64,000 nt of DNA from a virus (lineage: Duplodnaviria; Caudoviricetes). The notes under the pieces were generated by a model. It did not search any database and was not told where the DNA came from. It saw only the letters and a program-made list of their open reading frames with translations. Below, in pieces: positions 1-9,497 of this stretch. The translations under genes and the position numbers were made by a program. Each line of letters starts with the position of its first letter. Within the stretch, counting starts at the first letter, position 1. The stretch covers positions 64,001 to 128,000 of IMG/VR virus record IMGVR_UViG_3300014205_000175, one strand, 5' to 3'.

Positions 1-1014
1 CGCGTCGGTAAACTCTACGCCTATATGGCTGAGCAAGATGGCCGTGTGGCTGAACTCAGTGACAAAGTCATTATCGTTGAGTACGCCGATGGTAGTAAGA
101 CAGGTGTGAAACTAGGTCGTCAGTATGGTCGTGCAGAAGGTTCCATTTATCCGCACGACATCACCACGACATTGGTAGTAGGGAAGAAATTTATCAAGGG
201 CGATACGATCGCTTACAATACCCAGTTCTTCGAACCCGATATGCTCGACCCGAACCGCATCGTGCTCAAATCACACATGGTAGCACGTGTGGCACTGATG
301 GAGTCGACACAAACCCTTGAAGATGCAAGTAGTATCTCGCGTCATCTATCGGATATGTTGCAAACACGTGTCGTCAAAGAAAAGACTTTCACGGTGAGTT
401 TCAAACAAAATATCCGTAACATCACACCTACTGGTACTGAGCTTACACCGAAAGATATCTTACTGATCCTCGAAGATGAGATCACTAGTGGTATCGATAT
501 TTTTGATAGCGATACGATCGAGTCTCTATCGCGGCTATCGAATCTCGCACCGAAGGCTAAGGTCAAAGGTGTGCTTGATCGCTATGAGGTATATTACAAC
601 GGGGACTTGGAAGACATGAGTCCGACACTACGTAAGTTCACTCAACAGTGTAATCGTGAGATGACTGCGAGAAGTGCTGGAACCGATTACCCCATCACCA
701 ATGGTCGTGTTACAGAAGAGTTTCGGGTTGAAGGCAAAGCCCTACAGCTCGATACTGCTGTTATCAAAGTCTACATCGTTGTTAGTGACAAAGCCAGTCT
801 TGGTGACAAATGCGTGTTTGCTAACCAGATGAAATCTGTTATCTCCGAAGTACTCTACTATGACGTTAAGACTGAAACGGGTAGCGAAATAGAAGCGATT
901 TTCTCCTACAAAAGTCTTAACAACCGTATCGTCAATAGCCCGCAGATGATCGGCACCACGATCACGCTTCTCAAGAAGATCGCAGAAAATGCCGTAGCGA
1001 TGTACGATAAGTAA
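1..1014 (+). CDS. Virion RNA polymerase beta-like subunit, C-terminal part (phiKZ gp149-like); 5'-partial
   Basis: The frame is open from base 1 (RVGKLYAYM...). GDKCVFANQMKSVIS corresponds to the RNAP beta GDK..GxKG(V)IS motif in its phiKZ-type form. Confidence 0.8.
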   Translation, partial: RVGKLYAYMAEQDGRVAELSDKVIIVEYADGSKTGVKLGRQYGRAEGSIYPHDITTTLVVGKKFIKGDTIAYNTQFFEPDMLDPNRIVLKSHMVARVALMESTQTLEDASSISRHLSDMLQTRVVKEKTFTVSFKQNIRNITPTGTELTPKDILLILEDEITSGIDIFDSDTIESLSRLSNLAPKAKVKGVLDRYEVYYNGDLEDMSPTLRKFTQQCNREMTARSAGTDYPITNGRVTEEFRVEGKALQLDTAVIKVYIVVSDKASLGDKCVFANQMKSVISEVLYYDVKTETGSEIEAIFSYKSLNNRIVNSPQMIGTTITLLKKIAENAVAMYDK

Positions 1015-1124
1015 CAGCACGTGGTGAATGGAGGGCGGGCAGTTACTAAATATGCCCGCCCACTAACGTTAAATAGTTTGGGACCCATTCACCTATAGTA
1101 ATCCACCCCAGTCAGGAGCTTTTT

Positions 1125-1325
1125 ATGAGCGTTCACAATCTACGTATGCAGCAGTCGGTGGTCACGATTGCTAACACGGCAGAGCTTTCTGCCCGCGTCA
1201 TTCGGGAATTTTCGGGCAACGACATCGCCAATTCCCTCAACAACAATCCGCTGACGTTCGATGCTTTGCGGGGACTAGTCATCTCGCGCATTCAGCATAA
1301 TCTGTCGAAAATGCAACCGGTGTAA
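1125..1325 (+). CDS. Small hypothetical protein
   Basis: 66-aa ORF with AGGAG ribosome-binding site upstream; co-oriented with neighbours. Confidence 0.65.
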   Translation: MSVHNLRMQQSVVTIANTAELSARVIREFSGNDIANSLNNNPLTFDALRGLVISRIQHNLSKMQPV

Positions 1326-1340
1326 CAGGGAGTCTTCTCA

Positions 1341-2789
1341 ATGCTTTCTCAATCGACTGTAGTCGCTGCTGCTGCACTAGCTGATTCCCTGGCGGCGCGT
1401 TCGCTAACCCTGCAAGCTCGACCCAACACGGTCATCAGCGAGCTTAACCGTGCCACCAATGCCGCAGCACTCGATGCAGTGGCACTGCCCGATATCGACA
1501 AATGGGAGAACTTCGATGCTGCCGCTTATGGTGGTTTCATCGAGCACATTACGTTCAATCTCGATAACCCGACGCAACACGATCTGGTGATCCAGAACTA
1601 CACCGATGATCTGCGTCAAGCGGTGCTGTCGCACATCCAGTTTGCGCGCAACATCGTCAAACCGGTAGTGATCGATTTCGCTGAACGACTGCAGCAGCAT
1701 CTGCAAAATACCATGGTACCCACGGCTGAAGATCAGTTTACGGTGACGGTATTCGAAGTACCAGAGCCTCTTTCTGACATCGTATTTACCGAGTCGCTCA
1801 ACCGCTATCGCAACACGCCGCTGCATCCGCCGCAAGCTAAAATGCAGCTCAAAGCGTTCGGCGATGAATCATTACTGCCGTATTTGCTCACTGGTGAAGA
1901 TGAAGTCGATCGCCAGATCGCTGACTGGTATGGTCGCACGCAGAAAGACAATTACACCGAGATGTTTCTCGATGTCACGAATCCTACTATCGTCGTACAA
2001 CCTGTGTCACTGGCCCGTCAGGTCAATCGCTGGTTGTTTAGCTATCTGCTCAGCAATGCGCTATACAACAAAGCCGACATGTTCGACGATACCACTAGCT
2101 TGAGTCTCTCGACCCATAAGTCAGTGGCTGCCAACTATCGCGACTATAGCGGGGCAATGCTCGTTAAAGCTCTAGACCATTTGGCTATGTTGAATAAAAA
2201 TAACGTGCTAGTGATGGAAGCATTGGCATCGGTTAAATCGATCACTGTCAATGGTGATGTGTATCGCGCGTGGCTGGCTGATGGTGGTTGCACGGAAGTG
2301 CTCTTTGCTCTACTCATTACCAATGCACCCTATAAGACCGCAGCACAAATCCAGCCTCATCTAGAGCGTCTTAATCGTGAATGGACTTCGTACAAGCTTT
2401 TCTGGTCGAATAGCCAGTCCAATCGTCGACTGAGCATCGTCAAAGAAAGTGCGCGGTTGATTTTCCGCGAGACGATGACACATCTGAGTGAAGATGAGCA
2501 AGAGTACGTTAAAACCCATAACGACTATATGGGAAATGTCGATCGTCTGCTCAGTAAATTCACTGAGAATCTCAAGCTCTCTGATCTTAACGACATCTAC
2601 GCACTGGCTCTGAAACTCGTGTGTAACTGCCGCTTCTACTATACTGATGCTGAATGCATTCTGAGCGAGATCGAAGAGATCTCGAAGCAAAACCCTGACA
2701 TCGATGTAAGGGAAGCTGCGCTTATCGCTACTATCCACTACCTGGTTGACTTCATGTGCGACCAGCTGCTGCTTACGAGCAAAGTGTAA
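1341..2789 (+). CDS. Conserved jumbo-phage protein, probable virion structural protein
   Basis: 482-aa ORF with GGAG RBS, followed by a terminator; function inferred from context only. Confidence 0.55.
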   Translation: MLSQSTVVAAAALADSLAARSLTLQARPNTVISELNRATNAAALDAVALPDIDKWENFDAAAYGGFIEHITFNLDNPTQHDLVIQNYTDDLRQAVLSHIQFARNIVKPVVIDFAERLQQHLQNTMVPTAEDQFTVTVFEVPEPLSDIVFTESLNRYRNTPLHPPQAKMQLKAFGDESLLPYLLTGEDEVDRQIADWYGRTQKDNYTEMFLDVTNPTIVVQPVSLARQVNRWLFSYLLSNALYNKADMFDDTTSLSLSTHKSVAANYRDYSGAMLVKALDHLAMLNKNNVLVMEALASVKSITVNGDVYRAWLADGGCTEVLFALLITNAPYKTAAQIQPHLERLNREWTSYKLFWSNSQSNRRLSIVKESARLIFRETMTHLSEDEQEYVKTHNDYMGNVDRLLSKFTENLKLSDLNDIYALALKLVCNCRFYYTDAECILSEIEEISKQNPDIDVREAALIATIHYLVDFMCDQLLLTSKV

Positions 2790-2794
2790 TCCAC

Positions 2795-2850
2795 CTACCC
2801 ATCTTGCCGGCCTTTTGGGCATGGCAGGATGGGTAGTATGTGATTTTTTT
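2795..2850 (+). terminator. Intrinsic terminator
   Basis: CTACCCATCTTGCC ... GGCAGGATGGGTAG stem followed by a T tract. Confidence 0.7.
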
Positions 2851-2857
2851 ATGGTGA

Positions 2858-2896
2858 CATATATAATATATGAAGACTGTCACTAACGACATCTTC
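2858..2896 (+). promoter_or_regulatory. Early-promoter-like motif plus leader hairpin (loop ACTAAC)
   Basis: CATATATAATATATG followed by GAAGA(C)TGTC-ACTAAC-GACATCTTC; near-identical unit at 42300-42338. Confidence 0.75.
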
Positions 2897-2918
2897 TAAT
2901 TTCCAAGGAGCCGCCATC

Positions 2919-3485
2919 ATGAACGAGAAACTGCAGGAACTCGCTGATGAATGCCGCCGCAACTTCATGTTCTCAAAGAAAATCGAAGGTGGATACATCG
3001 GACCGAAGGGTGAGTTCATTCCTGTTCCTGCCGGCATTAGGCGCGTCGGCTTCAACTATGCCAATGGCAATGGTGGGTGGAGAATTGATCTAAAGTCAGG
3101 AAATAAAGCAAAAACCCGATTAGAAGTACGAGACTCACCTTTCCATCATGACTACATGGCCTCGTTGCAAGAAGCCCTCCGGCAACTTCATATACTCAAA
3201 CCAGAAGGGTTGTTGAAATCACAAACACGACATGCAGTAAAAGAACACGCTCACAAAAAAATAAAACTAGGAGTCGTCGGCGTTAGGTTCAATACCGCAT
3301 TTTCTCGCGGACATTGCTACCATTCTTTCATCGTAATGTGGGGGAAGAAGCGGAAAACAATACCTATCCCCCGCGACTACACCCAAGCTCAGTTTGATGC
3401 AGGTTTGGAAAAAGCCAAAACCATACGTCAGGAGTTTGAGCGCATCAAGTTGGAGAAGAGTCGCTTTACCACTGACAGTAAATAA
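2919..3485 (+). CDS. Putative AP2-like DNA-binding protein, paralogue 1 of 5
   Basis: 188 aa, very basic; FSKKIxGGYxGPKGEFIPVP N-terminus; two GV/GI-beta-strand/helix modules resembling AP2 domains; no HNH motif. Confidence 0.6.
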   Translation: MNEKLQELADECRRNFMFSKKIEGGYIGPKGEFIPVPAGIRRVGFNYANGNGGWRIDLKSGNKAKTRLEVRDSPFHHDYMASLQEALRQLHILKPEGLLKSQTRHAVKEHAHKKIKLGVVGVRFNTAFSRGHCYHSFIVMWGKKRKTIPIPRDYTQAQFDAGLEKAKTIRQEFERIKLEKSRFTTDSK

Positions 3486-3547
3486 TCTTCCGCCATATAC
3501 TAGGGCTAACACTACCGTCAGCCCACTAAATCTAAGGAGCTTCCAAT

Positions 3548-4114
3548 ATGGACAAGGAACTGAAAAAGCTTGCCGCTGAATGCCGTCACAAGTTCATGTT
3601 CTCAAAGAAAATCAAAGGTGGTTACATCGGGCCGAAAGGCGAGTTTATTCCTGTCCCGACAGGCGTCAGACGCAATGGCCGTGACTACGCCAACGCCAAC
3701 GGCGGATGGAGAATCAGCATAAGATCGAAACATAAAACAGAAATCCAGATAGATGTGCGGGATTATTGTTTCCATCACGATTACAAGGCTTCGTTACAAG
3801 AAGCCATTCGACAACTGAGTACTTTCAGACCGGAAGGGTTGCTAAAATCGCTAAAGCTACACACAGAAAAAGAACGCAGTCATAAAAAAATAAAACTAGG
3901 AATCTCTGGTGTTAGGTTCGAAACCTTGGACTGTAAGGGTCGACGTTATTATTATTTCACAGTAACGTGTGGGAAAACACAACGAAGAGTACCTGTCCCT
4001 CGTAACTACACCCAGGCTGAGTTTGATGCAGGTCTGGAAAAAGCCAAAACCATGCGTCAAGAGTTCGAACGTAACAAGATGGAGAAGAACCGTTTTACCG
4101 CTGACCTTAAATAA
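3548..4114 (+). CDS. Putative AP2-like DNA-binding protein, paralogue 2
   Basis: 188 aa, clearly alignable to 2919..3485; AAGGAG RBS. Confidence 0.6.
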   Translation: MDKELKKLAAECRHKFMFSKKIKGGYIGPKGEFIPVPTGVRRNGRDYANANGGWRISIRSKHKTEIQIDVRDYCFHHDYKASLQEAIRQLSTFRPEGLLKSLKLHTEKERSHKKIKLGISGVRFETLDCKGRRYYYFTVTCGKTQRRVPVPRNYTQAEFDAGLEKAKTMRQEFERNKMEKNRFTADLK

Positions 4115-4177
4115 TCGCTCGTTGTACATTCGGGTTAGCACTATCGCTAACCCGTTAATTTCTAAGGAACTACCACT

Positions 4178-4744
4178 ATGGACGAGAAACTGAAAAAACT
4201 GGCCGACGAATGCCGGTTAAATCGCATGTTTTCAAAGAAGACTGACGGGGGCTATTTTGGCCCGCGTGGAGAATTTATCCGTGTTCCTACCGGCATTGCG
4301 AGAATTGGTCGCAACTACGCTGAGAAATCCGGCGGGTGGAAAATTCACATCTTGAAAGCAGGCCAGCCTAAAATTATTATTCCGGTCAGGGATTCTCAAT
4401 TCAGTGGTGACTACATGGCTTCGCTACGTAAAGCCATTAAACAGTTGTCCGAACTCAAGCCCGACGGGGTGTTGCTTTCTAAAAAAGGTGTCAAGAAAAC
4501 CGAGGCTTCTAATAAACAGGTAAAGCTAGGAATGGCTGGCATCAGATTCAATCGTATCACTCGTAACGGAAAATCCTATTACTCATTTTCAGCGCTATGC
4601 GGGGATAAAAAGAAAACAGTCTGCATTCCTCCAGATTACACACCTGCGCAATTCGATGAAGGTTTAGCGAAAGTCAAAACTCTTCGAAGCGAATTTGAGC
4701 ATCAGCACACCCAAAACCGTCTTTTTACTGGCGGTAGTGTGTAA
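4178..4744 (+). CDS. Putative AP2-like DNA-binding protein, paralogue 3
   Basis: 188 aa, same motifs (FSKKTDGGYFGPRGEFI, YTPAQFDEGL). Confidence 0.6.
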   Translation: MDEKLKKLADECRLNRMFSKKTDGGYFGPRGEFIRVPTGIARIGRNYAEKSGGWKIHILKAGQPKIIIPVRDSQFSGDYMASLRKAIKQLSELKPDGVLLSKKGVKKTEASNKQVKLGMAGIRFNRITRNGKSYYSFSALCGDKKKTVCIPPDYTPAQFDEGLAKVKTLRSEFEHQHTQNRLFTGGSV

Positions 4745-4791
4745 CATATTTGAGCTAGTAATATCGTCAGTCCCCTATAGGAGCTTCTACC

Positions 4792-5358
4792 GTGAAACAA
4801 GACTTACAGAAGATCGCCGACGAGTGTCGCGAGAAACGCTGCTTCTCCAAGAAAATCGGGAAAGGATGTTTTGGTCCTAAAGGTGAATTTATTCCACTAC
4901 CTACGGGTATTAGTCGCAAAGGAAAAAATTTCATTTACTCAGGTAGCTGGATAGTCAGAACACATACAAGAAACTTGCCTCCGATCATATTCACATTCCT
5001 AGACTCTGATGTTCATTGTGATTACATGGTATCTTTGAGCAGAGCCATCGAGAAACTAAAAGAACTCAAGAATAATAAAGTGTTCGTGACAGGCAACCAC
5101 CTTAATCAACACGAAAGTAAAAGCAAGAAACTGAAATTTGATATCGTAGGAGTTAGTTTTCACCTCCATAAAAGACGAATGTGTAGACTGCCGGTTCCTA
5201 CTTTTACCGCGTCGTGCGGTTACAAACGGAAAAAATTCACACTGCCTTGTATCTACACCCAGGCACAGTTCGATTCCAAACTGAAAGAAGCTATAGCCTG
5301 GCGTAAGGAGATGGAAAAACAGCGGTTGCAGGAAGTCGGGTTCGATAAGTTCAAATAA
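4792..5358 (+). CDS. Putative AP2-like DNA-binding protein, paralogue 4
   Basis: 188 aa, GTG start with AGGAG RBS; most diverged of the four tandem copies. Confidence 0.6.
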   Translation: MKQDLQKIADECREKRCFSKKIGKGCFGPKGEFIPLPTGISRKGKNFIYSGSWIVRTHTRNLPPIIFTFLDSDVHCDYMVSLSRAIEKLKELKNNKVFVTGNHLNQHESKSKKLKFDIVGVSFHLHKRRMCRLPVPTFTASCGYKRKKFTLPCIYTQAQFDSKLKEAIAWRKEMEKQRLQEVGFDKFK

Positions 5359-5448
5359 CCGATAGCGATTCCGATGCACCTGCTCTGCTACTTTGGTCTA
5401 CTAGCCTTGTAGTGGGGTTATTCGGTTTTTAACTATATAGGTATTCCC

Positions 5449-5919
5449 ATGAAACAACTCCGCGATACCCTATCTAAAGTTCTTAGGTCGACCCATCCTC
5501 ACAGCGAAGTAGAGACTCTCATTGCCAATACCGTGACTAAGTACGACATACAGCGAATCATCGAACACGGTTCACTGATATCGTTGCCGGTTAAAGAGAG
5601 CTCTCCCTCTCGGCTAGGGGAATGCCACGCTATGACCGCTTATCAACACATGCTCAACCCTTCGATCCAAGTGTACAGTGGATTTTGCTTGATCTTTGAG
5701 GACGTAGTAGCTGATCAGTGGTATCACCATAGTTTCGCAGTACAAGATGGCTACATACTCGAACCCACTAACTGGATAAGAAATAAGTATTTTGGGGTTG
5801 CGTTAGACCGTCAACAGACCCGTGCATTCGTTCTTAACGAAGTGGATAAACTACTGGCATTAGCTAAATGGATGGATCTAGACACTGACTTGATCGCCAA
5901 CTATCGTCACACTCACTGA
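5449..5919 (+). CDS. Hypothetical protein, possible transglutaminase/papain-like fold
   Basis: GECH ... VYSGF ... WYHHSF ... GYILEPT spacing resembles a Cys-His-acid triad. Confidence 0.4.
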   Translation: MKQLRDTLSKVLRSTHPHSEVETLIANTVTKYDIQRIIEHGSLISLPVKESSPSRLGECHAMTAYQHMLNPSIQVYSGFCLIFEDVVADQWYHHSFAVQDGYILEPTNWIRNKYFGVALDRQQTRAFVLNEVDKLLALAKWMDLDTDLIANYRHTH

Positions 5920-5929
5920 GGTTCTTGTT

Positions 5930-6346
5930 ATGCTCATTTCAGCAGCAGCTATCCAGCATTTGCGTCAGCAAGAAATTCAGAAACATCCGGATGAACGCGT
6001 CTTGATAGGTTCTCCGTGTGAATATTTTTTCATGACCTACAATGAAGATTCTGATAATGTAGTCTGTGGTGTGAAAGCTGTAATCATAGAACTTAGCAAA
6101 TTTTCCACCGAGACTGAAGTGTTTGCTGCCGATCTAGCGATTCTATCTCACGTACCGGAAATGTACGTGCGGTGTGAAGATTTGAAAGTTGTTGGGAGGA
6201 AACTTACTGACGCCGATGGTGATGAGTCGATTTGTTTTATCGAGGCACAGCACTACAAAGAAATCATTCAAACCATTAATGACAACTATCGACCAAATTC
6301 CAGTAGTCTTCGGCTGGTTTGGTCTAACGATAAGAAAGATCAATAG
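5930..6346 (+). CDS. Hypothetical protein
   Basis: 138-aa ORF with GAGG RBS, in operon. Confidence 0.6.
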   Translation: MLISAAAIQHLRQQEIQKHPDERVLIGSPCEYFFMTYNEDSDNVVCGVKAVIIELSKFSTETEVFAADLAILSHVPEMYVRCEDLKVVGRKLTDADGDESICFIEAQHYKEIIQTINDNYRPNSSSLRLVWSNDKKDQ

Positions 6347-6356
6347 AGGTATCATC

Positions 6357-6980
6357 GTGCAAACCATCAAAGTCAATACTCGTGAAGAACTCATCGCTAT
6401 CGTCCGTGCTGCAGCACCTGACGCGGATCTGAATCACTTTGATGTGAGCGACATCACCGATATGTCGTGGGTATTCTGTAATAGTCAGTTCAACGGTGAC
6501 ATCTCGGGATGGGACGTCAGTCGTGTCACCGATATGGACGGTATGTTCAACAGTAGCTCGTTCAACGGCAATATCAGCCGATGGGATGTATCGCGCGTTA
6601 CTGATATGTATGCAATGTTCGCCGATAGCTCGTTCAATAGCGACATCTCAGGATGGGATGTATCGCACGTTACTGACATGGCTGGCATGTTCGGCGACAG
6701 TCAGTTCAACGGCGATATCAGTCACTGGAACGTATCAAATGTCACTGACATGGCTGGCATGTTCGCGTATAGTCACTTTAATGGTGATATCTCGGCGTGG
6801 GATGTGGGACAGGTTATCGACATGGAAGAGATGTTTGGCGATAGTCAGTTTAATGGTGACATTTCTAAATGGAACGTTAGCAACGTCATCAACATGCGAT
6901 GGATATTCAGCGACAGTCAGTTCAACGGTGATATCAGTAGTTGGAACATCAATCCCGGAGCTAGTGTGACACCAGCATAA
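6357..6980 (+). CDS. DUF285/BspA-type leucine-rich repeat protein
   Basis: About 7 tandem 24-aa repeats FNGDISxWDVSxVTDMxxMF. The likely GTG start at 6357 (GAGG RBS) matches the MQTIKV start of the paralogue at 24939. Confidence 0.85.
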   Translation: MQTIKVNTREELIAIVRAAAPDADLNHFDVSDITDMSWVFCNSQFNGDISGWDVSRVTDMDGMFNSSSFNGNISRWDVSRVTDMYAMFADSSFNSDISGWDVSHVTDMAGMFGDSQFNGDISHWNVSNVTDMAGMFAYSHFNGDISAWDVGQVIDMEEMFGDSQFNGDISKWNVSNVINMRWIFSDSQFNGDISSWNINPGASVTPA

Positions 6981-6989
6981 CTAATAAAC

Positions 6990-7046
6990 CATCCACAGGC
7001 GCAGCCTTAACGGGCTGCGCCTGTGGATGACAGAAATTATTTTTTT
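6990..7046 (+). terminator. Intrinsic terminator
   Basis: CATCCACAGGCGCAGCC / GGCTGCGCCTGTGGATG perfect long stem, with downstream T tract. Confidence 0.75.
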
Positions 7047-7086
7047 GACTGAACTACTATCTTTTGGTAACTTTAGGAAGACTATC

Positions 7087-7794
7087 ATGAAACGTAATGC
7101 TAAGGCCATCATAGCCAATCTGTACGAATCGAAAGATCACAAACTCTACACGCGTAAAGACTGCATTATTCAATTCCCCAAACGCTTTATCGATCGCGGC
7201 ATGGGGGAGATCGGTGCAGAGAACCACATCTTTGGCATCTACGCTATCATCATGGGAGATGAATACGCTGTGAGTGCCGTGCCATCGATGATCAAAACCG
7301 CACCGCATCAAATCAGTCAAATCGACATCGGCGAAGTGCCGTACTATAATTTCCATTATGCTGCTGGTAGTGCTATAATGGAAAACACTCATCTGGTTAA
7401 AAAAGAGACTCTCGTCTATAGCGTTATGGAAGAGTTCTTTTTGAAAGGTAATGTGCCGTGGTATATCAATTATGAAGACCTAGGCAAAATCTTCGACAAA
7501 GCCAAATATTACACAGGCAGTAACGTAGCGCAAAACTACGCTATTCTAGAATCGCTAGCTGCATATGTGTCACGATCAGCGAAAAAACGTAGTGTGCAAT
7601 ATCGTCACGTAATTAAAAAGCGTGAAGACCTCATCACTCCGCCTGAATACATCGGCATCTATGGTAATGTCTTTTACGCCGCTCCGGGTACGGTGGGTAA
7701 GCTCGCCGGCAGTTATTTCCAAGATGGTGTGGTGAGCGCGTTAACGCAACCTAACACCCAGTCTAGTCATGTTGAACAACTTTTACGCTCCTGA
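7087..7794 (+). CDS. Conserved phiKZ-like phage protein (probable virion protein)
   Basis: Likely start MKRNAK at 7087 with AGGA RBS; GNVPWY motif; function inferred from context. Confidence 0.55.
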   Translation: MKRNAKAIIANLYESKDHKLYTRKDCIIQFPKRFIDRGMGEIGAENHIFGIYAIIMGDEYAVSAVPSMIKTAPHQISQIDIGEVPYYNFHYAAGSAIMENTHLVKKETLVYSVMEEFFLKGNVPWYINYEDLGKIFDKAKYYTGSNVAQNYAILESLAAYVSRSAKKRSVQYRHVIKKREDLITPPEYIGIYGNVFYAAPGTVGKLAGSYFQDGVVSALTQPNTQSSHVEQLLRS

Positions 7795-7827
7795 CACTCT
7801 TTTAAACTCTACTAGGAAACCAGCAAA

Positions 7828-9069
7828 ATGCGCCATGTCTTAGATTTCAACACTGCTACAGAATCAGACGATCAGGTCAGCGACATGACAGATCTTCTTA
7901 CTTCCACTCCTAATTCCAGTGAGGATTTTCAAGAAGTCGAACGCTCTTTAGTTGTATTGGAACACCTTATCGATGTCTCAGAAATCATCAAAGCCAAAAA
8001 ACATATCTCCACTGAAGATTTAGCTTTTGTGCGTATCTGTAATGAAATGGCTGTAGCTGGCACGATGAGTTCGGCTGACCAGCTTCTACCTTCGATGGAG
8101 TCTTGGTCTAGTCCGGTCGTGGCTACCGAGGCTATCATGGAAGACGTAACAAGTGCCATCAAGCGAATCGCCCAGTATATCGGTTATGTGTTTAAACGTA
8201 CCGCTGACTCTTACCAGTATCATTTTACCATGTTTGAGCGTCAGTCTTCTGCTGTGGCGACAGCTCGTTACAACATCAAAAACTCCTCTGCCTCCAAATT
8301 TTCTATCGCTACTAAAGATAGCAAATATATGCACTATGGTAACAGCGAGAAAGTCAAAGATTTTCGCCAGTATCTGGATAAGTTTAAAGAAGTATCGGAG
8401 TTTTGCACTAAGTATAATAGTGCCTCGGCTGATTTTCTAAAACGCGATTTCATGCAGTCGTGGAAAAACCTAGTATCCCCTCTTACTGGCTATGATGAAA
8501 AATATCTCGAACTCTTCACCAGTTTGAAAGACTTTATCGAATCTGTAACAGCTATCAGTAGCACTACTCGTACCGGTAAGATGGGAGAGGCGGAGATTCT
8601 GCGCACTCCTAACTATCTAGGTATGTCACATGCCGAAATCTGTCAGCCTGCCAAAGGCTCTTATGATATTAAGTACGCTGAATCTTGTCGCCGTGTGCAT
8701 AAGTATTTCGCTGTGGATTTCATTCGCGATGACAAGTTTGAAACCTCTTTCTTTAAAAACACCGTGGTATTCGATAATGTCGCCAAAGCCGATATACTGA
8801 AAGCTCTAGATCTTTGCGATGAAATCATTCAAGCGTACCGTAAACACTTGGATCTGACTACGCGTCTATCACAAATGGGTTCTAGCTATGTGATGCTGGA
8901 TGCTATCAACACTGCGCTTTACCCTCCGGCGTGGTGGAAAGCTTGTCTGTCTAACTATCGCATTATGGTGCGTATGTCATCTATCATGACCGCAATGATC
9001 GAAGGTGCTTTCGTATATGCACGTGGCAACGTAGCTAAATGCGTCCAGTTGGCTAATAAAGCTAAATAA
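7828..9069 (+). CDS. Probable internal head protein with cleavable acidic propeptide
   Basis: Acidic N-terminus with S/A-x-E motifs (ATE, SME, ATE), the cleavage consensus of phiKZ-type prohead proteases. Confidence 0.55.
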   Translation: MRHVLDFNTATESDDQVSDMTDLLTSTPNSSEDFQEVERSLVVLEHLIDVSEIIKAKKHISTEDLAFVRICNEMAVAGTMSSADQLLPSMESWSSPVVATEAIMEDVTSAIKRIAQYIGYVFKRTADSYQYHFTMFERQSSAVATARYNIKNSSASKFSIATKDSKYMHYGNSEKVKDFRQYLDKFKEVSEFCTKYNSASADFLKRDFMQSWKNLVSPLTGYDEKYLELFTSLKDFIESVTAISSTTRTGKMGEAEILRTPNYLGMSHAEICQPAKGSYDIKYAESCRRVHKYFAVDFIRDDKFETSFFKNTVVFDNVAKADILKALDLCDEIIQAYRKHLDLTTRLSQMGSSYVMLDAINTALYPPAWWKACLSNYRIMVRMSSIMTAMIEGAFVYARGNVAKCVQLANKAK

Positions 9070-9089
9070 TGACTCATTAGGAGTGTATC

Positions 9090-9374
9090 ATAGACCCTTA
9101 CGTCAAAACCCGTCTATTCCTCTTGGAGCAGGAATACAAAGGGGTGCTGAAGACTCTAGACGAATATATCGCCACTCGTCCTATCGGCTACAAAACTAAA
9201 CTTAAAGCTCTGGTCGCCGATTTGAAGAGTGACTACCAGTGGTTGATTTCGTATATGGAACTACATCACGACGCAGCAGCGATGCAGGAGTTAACAAAGC
9301 ATTTACTGCATTACGTCGTCCCGACACATACTCAGATCAACGATAAGTTTCATGAACTCATGGCAGCTACGTAA
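9090..9374 (+). CDS. Hypothetical protein (start uncertain: ATA 9090 or TTG 9123)
   Basis: Open frame from 9081 to 9374; AGGAG lies 6 nt before an in-frame ATA. Confidence 0.45.
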   Translation: MDPYVKTRLFLLEQEYKGVLKTLDEYIATRPIGYKTKLKALVADLKSDYQWLISYMELHHDAAAMQELTKHLLHYVVPTHTQINDKFHELMAAT

Positions 9375-9439
9375 TGTCAGCCATCTCACTCGCCCTTACC
9401 GAAGGCGAGTGAGGTGGCTGACGGAAATTTTTACGATTC

Positions 9440-9454
9440 CATATATATTACGTG
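9440..9454 (+). promoter_or_regulatory. Early-promoter-like motif
   Basis: CATATATATTACGTG contains TATATTAC (phiKZ early consensus) and lies directly after a terminator hairpin (9376-9432). Confidence 0.75.
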
Positions 9455-9497
9455 AGAACTGCTAGCTCTACTTTTTCAAAATGCAAGGATGTAATCG

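Noticed and set aside
1061-1068. CACTAACG as another hexaloop hairpin
   Set aside because: The loop sequence is present but not closed by a stem; it follows a different hairpin.
6480-6950. 72-nt periodic repeats (also 25070-25450) as a CRISPR array or DGR template/variable repeat pair
   Set aside because: The repeats are in-frame coding units with synonymous variation and no unique spacers. No cas or reverse transcriptase gene is in the window, and the differences are not adenine-specific.
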